From Octopus sinensis (taxonomy: Eukaryota), in assembly GCF_006345805.1 (NCBI RefSeq), contig NC_043000.1:80352001-80416000 (forward strand): DNA of 64,000 nucleotides. The letters run 5' to 3'. Shown here one piece after another: positions 54,500-64,000 of this stretch (its first letter is position 1; each line of letters begins with the position of its first letter). Both the position numbers and the translations under genes were made by a program. The notes beneath the pieces are model-generated. The model had not been told where the DNA came from. It saw only the letters and a program-made list of their open reading frames with translations, and made no database searches.

Positions 54500-55197
54500 A
54501 TCTTTACCTGCTCATATATACTTAAATGATAAACTTCTGGAAAGTTTTACTGATTTTTACAGTTCCAGTGATGATTTAGATCTGTAGTCTTCAAATTAGC
54601 TTTCTCCTTTCTGGTTTTGAGAAGCCTAGTTTCTCAAGATTGGTATTTAGGTAGTGTGTTACATATCCCACTGCTCCAATAATTACAGGTATAAATCAAA
54701 ACTTGTAATCTGGATAGAATAGCAGTAGATTCCTCAATACTTCAGCATAAGTATTTCTTTTTCACTTATCTTCAGCTTTATGTTAACAACATCTGGGCAG
54801 TTAATTTCCACAACTGTAGACAATTTCTTTTCTCTGTCCCAAATCATTATATCAGGTCTGTTGTGCTTACATTTTATTGAGGGTTTCACTGGGATTTTCC
54901 ACCAGTACTCCTTTATATTATGAGTGGCTATGGCTTCCACCATACTATGGATTCTTATTTCTTTGTCCTTGGGGTTATATTTCTGACAGATTTTATTATA
55001 GAGTGTCCTAGCTACAACATCATGTCTCAATGGTAGATAATACCGTGATGACATTTTCGGACAACTGCTTATGATGTGGATGATATCTTCAGTGTGAACT
55101 CCACAAAGTCTGCATCAGTTGTCACATTTTACTGCTTTTCCTGTATCCCATTCCCTTCCGTGCATGAGGTATTTGGTTGATATTTCCTGTTCTTCTA
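54500..55197 (-). mobile_element. 5'-truncated RLE non-LTR fragment (same family as 15940-16910)
   Basis: MSSRYYLPLRHDVVARTLY...KHNRPDIMIWD...VEINCP. Confidence 0.85.
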
Positions 55198-55354
55198 TGT
55201 ATGTATGTATATATGTATGCATGTATGCATATATGTATGCACACATCCAAGCATGCATGTATGAGTGTATGTATGTATATATATATATCCTTAAATCCTT
55301 AAAAATGTTTTAGCCCAAAGGCTGCGGCCATGCTAGGGCACCACATATATATAT

Positions 55355-55800
55355 ATATCATCATCATCATCATCATCATTATTTAACGTCCACTTTCCAT
55401 GCCAGCATGGGTTGGACGATTTGACTGAGGTCTGGCGAACCAGACTCCAATCTGATCTGGCAGAGTTTCTACAGCTGGATGCCCTTCCTAATGCCAACCA
55501 CTCCGAGAGTGTAGTGGGTGCTTTTACGTGCCACCGGCATGAGGGCCAGTTTGGTGGTACTGGCAACGGCCATGCCCAAATGGTGCTTTCTATGTGCCAC
55601 CAGCACAGGAGCCAGTCCAGCAGCACTGGCGATGACCTTGCTCGAATATATCACGTGCCACCAGCACAAGTGCTAGTAAGGCGATGCGGTAACGATCACG
55701 CTCGAATGGTGTGCTTAACATGCCATCGGCACGAAGGCCAGCTTGTTGCTCTGGCAACGATCTCACTCATATGGTACTCTTAGCACTCCACTAGCAATGG
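55355..55800 (-). mobile_element. RTE 3'-tail element with VNTR
   Basis: (CAT)n tail, GGATGCCCTTCCTAATGCCAACCAC motif, TGCCACCGGCA units. Confidence 0.75.
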
Positions 55801-58792
55801 ATGCCAGTCCAGTATGGAATTGGGAAGTCAGAAGTTCAAATGTTATGGATCTTGGATACATCTAATAGTTATGAAAAGGCCCACAGAGAGGTCATCAATT
55901 TCACACATGTAGTGTTGTATCTATCTATTTACCTATCTACAAACCAACTGACCAGCCAATCAACCAATCAACCAATCATCCAATCAATCAATCAATCAAT
56001 CAATCGAGCAGTCAATCAATCACTACATTTTCAAACTTTCAATAGCACTGTTCAAAGCTTAGTCTGGCTATCTTCGTTATTTCTAAGGGTTAAGTCTATA
56101 AAGGAACGAAAATTTAATGAGTTATCAGCTGTTATAGTGTGTATATATTTTGGTGGGTTGGGTGGGGAGAGCCTCTGTATATGTGTCTATGTATGTATGT
56201 ATGTATGTATGTATGTATGTATGTATGTATGTATGTATGTATAAACAAAACAAGTGAAGCATTCTGCACTAGAAGACATAATTAGTCATATTAGGCTAGG
56301 TTGTGTACACCTGCAATGATGGAATGTATTATGCTGAAATATATATGAACTGGAATCTTTTTCCTCTTTCTGACTCATTACCATATTGCTAAGTCTGCCA
56401 ATAAATTGATATTTAGCCTATACCTGGAGCTATAAATCTGTAAAAACAAGGTATTGAAATACATTTTGAATTTTATGACATATTTATCATTTATTGCTCT
56501 ACATATAGGTCAAATATAAACTTGCTAAGATACTTTGCTGTAAGTTAGTTCTGTGTATAAAGAATAAATTTCAGCTCGATGCCATTACAACATATTAAGG
56601 CAGCATTTTGGCAGATGTCATTAAAGTATGAGAAATTGCTGCTTTACATCATTTAATTTATTTCAGCTCTTTGTATTCTGAGTTTAAATCATACAGTGGT
56701 TACTTTTACCTTTCATATTTCTAAGATCAGTAAATAAGGAACCAGTCAAGATCACTGGTCTGGTGGAATTGAAAGACTGCTGGTTGGGATACTTATTTAC
56801 TTTACCCTTCTGTTATTATATTTTAACTGAAATACACTGCCTTTGTTTTGGTTAAACTTTCAAAATAATGCATAATTTAATAAAATATCTTTGTCATTAT
56901 TAAGCTTGTTTAAGGCAGTGAGCAGGCAGAATCATTAGCACAGCAGGCAAAATGCTTAACTGCTCTCTTTTGTCTTTAGTTCTGCATTCAAATCCCACTG
57001 AGGTCAACTTTGCCTTTCGGCCTTTTGGAGTCAATGAAATAAGTACCAGCTGATAATCACTAGGGTCGATGTAATTGACTAGCCTCCTCTTCCAAAATTT
57101 CAGGCCTTGTGCCTATTGTAGAAAAGGTCATTAAGCTTATTTAGCATGAAATTTTGATGAAAGTTTTTAATTTAAATCACTTTCAAACATAAATAGTACC
57201 AGGGCGTTTTTAGGCAAGCCTTTCACTCCCTATGGAGCATAAGCCTTGACAACGTTTTTCATCTCTGATCTCAACTCAGAACTGTCCTTTCTGCTTTGTT
57301 CCAGTTGGATCCCTACCATTTATCTTGAAGTAGGTAATTCACTGTTGACTGAGAGAAGCAAAACATTTCTCACAGGTATTGATGCTTTTGAACTGACATC
57401 AGTGTCTCTGGAACTTTGCTTTATTATAGGCAGAGGTGTTGACCCAATGCAAACTCATTTTTACCTCTAGGAAGAGGAGGTCCATATTAGTGTTGCCTCT
57501 ATCCTTTGACCTGTCCAGCATGGGAAACTTTACAAGGAGCTTGCACTTTGTTTGCATAGCTCTCAGGGCCACTAAGATATACAATCCACTGCATCACAAC
57601 AAAGCTTAGCACCTTGTAGTGCTGGATAGAACATCTTTTGATAGTTATTCTTTCCCTTTGTGTTCTGAGTTTAAATTTCTCCTTACCTGCTCAGATTCAA
57701 TGTATGTCCAGTGTAACACCACTGGCCATACCTGTCACTAAGGAGACGCACTGAATGGCACTGCCCCCTTGCTATTCAATGATGCACCCTCAAGTTTACA
57801 GTGATACACTTATTTCGAAATTCCACTTTAGTATTATTACAAATTTGTGCCCACCCAGAATATTCTGAAGTATCCCCAGGCACTAAAGTCTGACAATGGG
57901 CTTGCCACCAGCTGGCTCTCAACTGCTTTCATAGAAGTCCAACAGGTGATTGATTGGAGGATATCTTCCTTCAAACAATCTCAGAGATTCTGCCCCAATA
58001 AGTCATGGGCACACTCTACCTTCCAGCCAATTCAGAAAAAAAAGATTAAAAACATTCCTTGTACTTAGTGAATTTTGTCTGGCAAGTCTATATATATCAT
58101 AGTTCAATTTGTCTTCCAGTTACATAATATATATTCATTTTGCTATGTACACCTTTAGTTGTTTTTAGTTCATTCAATCTGCATAACATTATAATAATTT
58201 TATGTGTGTATGCATGTAGGTGTGTTTCTCTGTGTGTGAGTGTGTGTGTGAGTATGTGTGTGTGTGTGTGAATGTGTGTGTGTGTAGATAAATAGAAAAA
58301 CAGCTATAAATATACACACATACAATGTATATTTATGCATATTTACAATATACAAAACTGAAATGCAGATAACTGCATATGTAGATTGCATAGGTTACAG
58401 TGATGATATAAGTTTGCATAAAAGCCTTTCTTGGAGAAGGAAATAAGTGCACACTCTAATACAGCTCCACACTAGACCACCACCACCATCACCACCACAA
58501 CCGCCACCACCACCGCCACAACCACAACCACCACCACCACACCAACATCACACACCAGCAACATACACCACACTGCACTATATCAATATTGCAATATGTG
58601 AGCTGAAATAATAGCTGTGCATCTGTATGTGTGCAAAAAAAAAAATACCACAGTATGGTATGTGTAAAGTTTAACAACAAGAAAGAAATTACATGTGTGT
58701 ATGTGTGTGCAAGAATGTGTGTGTGTGTGGTGTGTATGTCTGTATGTCTGTGTGCACATATATATACATACATATATATATACATACATACA

Positions 58793-58881
<89 letters not shown>

Positions 58882-59449
58882 ACATATATAATTACAAATA
58901 CTGCATATACCTGCTATCAGAAGCAGGTATGTGTGTTCCTTCAGTTCCTGCAGAGATTAATGCATACAAAAAGACCAACATGTAGATATACATATACAAG
59001 TTAAACCACAGTTAGGTATGGAAGAAAGAAAAAATATTACTGAAATATGGCTGCCTATTTAACATTGTATGGAGATTCCTGATGCTAACAAAATTCTGTG
59101 TCTTACCATTTCCCATATCCTACTGTCTCAAATACCATTTACAGCAATACAACACTGAAGAATTAATAACTTGGTGGTGGATGTAGCAAAAATGGTAGAG
59201 CTGCTGAGGAAACTCATTCTAGTAAGTCACTTTATTTTGTATCTTTTACTTGTTTCAGCCACTAGAGTGTGGCCATGCCAGGGCCATACTAGAGCACTGT
59301 CTTAACAGGTTTAGTTGAACATATGGACCTTTTGTTTTTCAAGTTTGGTATCTATCCTATTGTTCTCTATTTTCTGAACTGATTGGTTATGTACATACAT
59401 ATATGTGTGTGTGTGTGTGTGTGTGCATGCATGTGTGTGTATGTATGTC

Positions 59450-59485
<36 letters not shown>

Positions 59486-60490
59486 CAGTTGAAAAGGAGA
59501 AAAGGAGTTAAGAATCCATACAAATCAATTCAAAAGTTACAGGTAGTAAAGGTGGAAACAGCAGCGAAAGATGTTTAAACATTAATATATTTGTATGTAT
59601 ATATATGTGTGCATATGCATGTGTATGTGTCTGTGTATATGTGCATGTGTATATATACACATCTATATCTATGTATGCATGCATGCATGCATGCATGCAT
59701 GCATGCATGCATGTATGTATGTATGTATGTATGTATGTATGTATAGTTGAAAAGGGGTTAAGAATCCATAGAAATCAATGGTTATAAGCAAAAAGTAAAG
59801 GTAGAAACAGCCCGGATATATGTTTAAAGACTAAAATCATCATCGTCGTCATCATTTAGTGTCCATTTCCCATAAATGTTTGTGTATGTATAAAAGTTCA
59901 GGATTCAAGTGAATCGGGTACCTAAATACTAAAGCACCAACGCTGGCTCAAAGAAATAGCAATCATGTATGAAACAAAAATTGAAGCAGAGTATATGTAC
60001 ATACCAATGTACAGACAGATTAATATTCTAGTTGCATATAAGATCACAAGTGCCTGACTGTATATATACCATGAGTCTCAAGGCTGTATCTAGGAGTGCA
60101 TACTACACCAATTGTACTGCACTTAAAAGACTTCAGATCCACACTAATTGCAGGTTCTGAGTAAGGTGAGTAATAAACAAATAGCAACCGGTGGATATTG
60201 GTTCATTTACTACAGCTGTTTCAAATGAGTTATTTTGTATTGATGAATAGAGTTATTTCAGCATGCGAAAGAAAAAAAAACTGTTTTCATCATGTGAATA
60301 TACACAAATTAAGTATTTAAAAAAAACAGTCGAAGAAACAACAATATGTACCACTCCCTGAATTATAGGGATGTAAACATACCAATATTGGTTGTCAAGT
60401 GGTGGTGGTTGCCAAACACATACTCAAAGACACACACACAGACATGTATATGGCAGGCTTCTTTCAGTTTCAGTTTACGAAATTGACTCA

Positions 60491-61782
60491 CAAGGGTGTG
60501 GTGAATAAACTGTCATCTAAATTATGCAAAAATGAAAACAGCACTGACATCTCATTTTAAAAGATATATTTACCAAGATTATATAAAAATATCTTGAAGT
60601 AGTAAAGAGTAGATTTATTCAATAAAACCACCATTCGCTTCAACCATGGCCTCCAGGCGACTTTGGAATCTCTTGCAACTCTTCTGGATGGTCTCCATGT
60701 TTCAGTTGGTGAATACTGCCATAATCGTTGCTTTCAGTTTATCTTTGGTGTTACAAGGAGTTTCGTTGGTCTGTCACTCAACTGTGCCCCACACAAGGGA
60801 GTTGCAGCCTGAGGAGTGAGGTGACCAGATGTTAGGGGAGATGTGGTCACAGAAATTGTCTGACAGCCATGACTGTGTTCTCCTGCTTGTGTGGCATGGT
60901 GCAGAGTCCTGTTGCCAGACATAGGGTCTTCCAGCAGCCACCCTCTTAACTCAAGGCAGCACTACCTACTCCAGGTTGATATAGGCCTCTATGTTGATTT
61001 TGAGGCCATGTGGGAAGATGAATGAATGCATAATGTCACCAAACACCATATGATCACTCCAAACACCATGATGTTGACTGGATGCTTGATTTTTATAACT
61101 CACAGTACATGTTTTGGGGACATGGCATGCCAACAGTTGTTCTGTATGTTCACCATCTGATCCTGGTAGAAGTTTTTCTCGTCTGAGAAAAACCAAAGCA
61201 TGTTTGGTTGGAGGGGATGCTTGAGTTTGTTCAAAAGCTGTGTAGCATGGTATTTCCTCTTGTCCTTGATGGCTTGGGATAAAAATTAGCCCTTTCTCAT
61301 CTTGTATGTGGAATACTGAATGTCTTTATGCACTACCTGCCCGATAAGAAACTCAGACACTACCATGTCCCTGGCAAAGGACTTGATTGACTTGGAGGGA
61401 TCATTGTCAATCATGGCCTGGATCTCTCCAACAAATTCAGTTCTTTTCTTATCAGAATGATCAGAGTGAGTTTTCCGAGCTGCCATACCTTCGTAATCAC
61501 CATTAGACTCATCCATCTCTTTCCAAATCCTCTGTACTGTCCTCAGCTTGATATACAAATGCTGGGAAATGTTCGTATTGGAATTTCTGGCATGAATGCC
61601 AATCAGTACAGCATGTCATTTCCAAATTTCTGGCTGAGTGAATTACACCATGGTGCTGTTTTTCTCACGGACAGTGCCCAACTGACCCTACTATACTGTG
61701 TACTCGACAAAATCAAAAACAAACAATGTGCATGTGCGAAATTAGAAATATAAAATAGTGACAATTTACCTATCTCACCCAG
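60491..61782 (-). mobile_element. maT (DD37D) Tc1/mariner-superfamily transposon, decayed
   Basis: Remnants IQAMIDNDPSKSI...YKMRKG and RPYVWQQDSAPCHTSRRTQSWLSDNFCDHISPNIWSPHSSGCNSL; 37 residues follow the second D, and the third D is deleted. Diverged TIRs. Confidence 0.8.
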
Positions 61783-61824
61783 TATATGAGTATATATATA
61801 TGTGTGTGTGTATATATACATATA

Positions 61825-62200
61825 TACATCATCATCAACATCATGGAATGTCTGCTTTCTATGCTAGCATGAGTTAGACAGTTTGACTGGAACTTGTAAG
61901 CCAGAGGGCTGTCCAGGTTCCAGTCTGATTTGGTATGGTTTCTATGACTGGATTCACTTCCTAATGCCAACCACTTTGAGAGTATAATAGGTGCTTTTTA
62001 CATGCCACCGGTATGGATGCCATTTACGTGACACCAGCAACAGCCACGGCTATGATCTCACTTGGCTTGATGAGTCTTATCAAGCACACCATATCACAAA
62101 AGGTCTCAGTCACTTGACATCATCTCTGTGAGACCTGACATTCAAAGATCACTTCACCAGCAATGGTCACAATTACGATTTCACAAATGCTGTTCACACG
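61825..62200 (-). mobile_element. RTE 3'-tail element
   Basis: (CAT)n tail and CCTAATGCCAACCAC motif. Confidence 0.65.
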
Positions 62201-62245
62201 ACACTGGCCATATACGTATACATATATAAGTGTGTGTGCATCTAT

Positions 62246-62276
<31 letters not shown>

Positions 62277-62541
62277 AAACAATAATAATAAAGGGTAAAA
62301 TTGATTTAATAAATAATTATTAATCATTAATTATTACTAATTTTACTAAGCAGTTTTGGCATGTTAAAAGAACCATTATCGATAAACTTAAACAACAAGT
62401 TTTTTTATAATTATGAATATAATTATAATTAGGGTTCAGCAAAAAATTTGCTTCACCACATACCGAAAATTCAGAAATAGCAGCCAAACATCTAGCTATT
62501 TCTCTACCATAAGAGAATCTCCCAGATAACATATACTCAAA

Positions 62542-62589
<48 letters not shown>

Positions 62590-62601
<12 letters not shown>

Positions 62602-63688
62602 TAATAAATAAAATATATGCATACATAGAAACATATATGTACGTACCGACATCTACATGTATATATACAAGCATATATAAATATATATATAAATATATAT
62701 ACAGGACACCACAAAAAGACGTAAAACTCAACAGAAATGAAAACAGAAAAGCCATTTTGTTACAACAGAAAGACAGAGACGTGGAACAGGACGAGAACGA
62801 AAACGGGAAAAACATTATTTACAACAGAAAAGCAAGGTACAGGACATGCTACACAAGGAAAAATCCCCTTCATCAGCTGTCACTAGTAGACTTAGCATGT
62901 TTCAAAGACAAGACAGGACACGACTCGTCAATACTAGGCCTTCCTGCAAGAGAATTAAAATAAAATAACCTCGCAGAGGGGTAAAAACAAGCACGAAAAA
63001 AATGTAACACAAACAGGACATAACAAAAGAACTGCACAATAAAATACAAGATAAAAATACAAAATTAAAAATACAGGTACAAGAAAATACAAAACGAGAA
63101 ATAAAATACAATACGACAAATCAAAATAAACAAGAAAACAAACGAAAGGCCTTTGTTCTGGCTGGGACGGAAGAGGTACTGGTGAGCACAGGGAAACATG
63201 ACCTTACGGCCTGAAAGCAACGTGCAAAAGGATTAGCAATGACGAAAGTGAGGAGGAGTGAGGGAGAGAGAGAGAGAGAGAGGGGAGGGTAAAGCAAAGG
63301 GAGAGAATTTCGTGTCATAATTATATTATAAAACAATACTGGAGGATAAGAGACGGAACAAAGCGAAAATTGAAAATTCGAACGAACCCGACGCGAAGCG
63401 CTGTCAGCCCGTTTTCGTTCTCATCCTGTTCCACGTCTCTGTCTTTCTGTTGTAACAAAATGGCTTTTCCGTTTTCGTTTCTATTGAGTTTTACGTCTTT
63501 TTGTGGTGTCCTGTACATATATATATTTATATATGCATGTATATATACATGTAGATGTCGGTACGTACATATATGTTTGTATGAATGCATATATTTATTA
63601 CACTATTGTCTGACAGCGCTTCGCATCGGGTTCGTTCGAATTTTCGAATTTTCGCTTCGTTCCATCTCTTATCCTCCCAGTATTGTTT

Positions 63689-63692
<4 letters not shown>
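62590..63692. repeat. Unclassified element with two interleaved inverted-repeat pairs
   Basis: 62590-62810 is inverted to 63405-63610; 63325-63405 is inverted to 63608-63692. Confidence 0.8.
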
Positions 63693-63732
<40 letters not shown>

Positions 63733-63877
63733 ACACACACACACGCACACATATATATTAGGTTGGCAAATATGTTCCCGCGTTTTTTTAAATTATACTC
63801 ATAATTATAAAAAAATTGTTGTATATATATATATATATATAGTATTTTATAAGCTTAAAACTAACAGTGATCACCAT

Positions 63878-63981
63878 GCAATGACTAAGGAAAATAGTAT
63901 AATAATGGAGCTAGTAAGCCTCGACAGAAAGCCTGCTTTTTTTTGTCAAGGGCTTATTAGACTATTTTCCTTAGTCATTGC
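63878..63981. other. ~104 nt hairpin with a perfect 21 bp basal stem
   Basis: GCAATGACTAAGGAAAATAGT / ACTATTTTCCTTAGTCATTGC plus inner stems. Confidence 0.7.
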
Positions 63982-64000
63982 CTGTCTAGCCTTTGCAAAT

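Noticed and set aside
57690-58050. Decayed coding-like minus-strand frame with several TGA stops
   Set aside because: Could not assign it to any family by eye.
62845-62885. Minus-strand CUGAUGA + AGGGGA/UCCUU hairpin
   Set aside because: GAAA is replaced by GUGU and no stem III can be drawn; at most a very old relic.

Overview
This is eukaryotic, AT-rich, non-genic or intronic DNA, dominated by transposable elements and microsatellites. The tRNA-headed SINEs and the extreme (TA)n/(TACA)n/(TAA)n density suggest a coleoid cephalopod, probably Octopus (inference). I found no intact host gene, rRNA, true tRNA or CRISPR array; most ORFs in the track are microsatellite read-throughs or antisense frames of transposons. 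Recognisable content: (1) a near-complete but frameshifted R4/Dong-clade non-LTR retrotransposon (RT + CCHC + PD-(D/E)xK endonuclease) inside a (TAA)n array, plus two 3' fragments of a second RLE family; (2) many RTE-clade fragments; (3) a decayed Gypsy pol; (4) mariner and maT (DD37D) remnants; (5) non-autonomous Helitrons and a decayed Helitron Rep fragment; (6) several tRNA-SINE families; (7) many fold-back or MITE palindromes. The most interesting signals are RNA-level. An apparently complete type I hammerhead ribozyme lies at 52765-52829. At about 47945-48490 is a head-to-head palindromic element that joins a tRNA-type Pol III head (A/B boxes), an (AAT)n spacer and a minimal dimer-type hammerhead tail. 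This looks like a SINE/retrozyme hybrid that may be mobilised by Penelope-like elements. Most boundaries were read by eye and are approximate.
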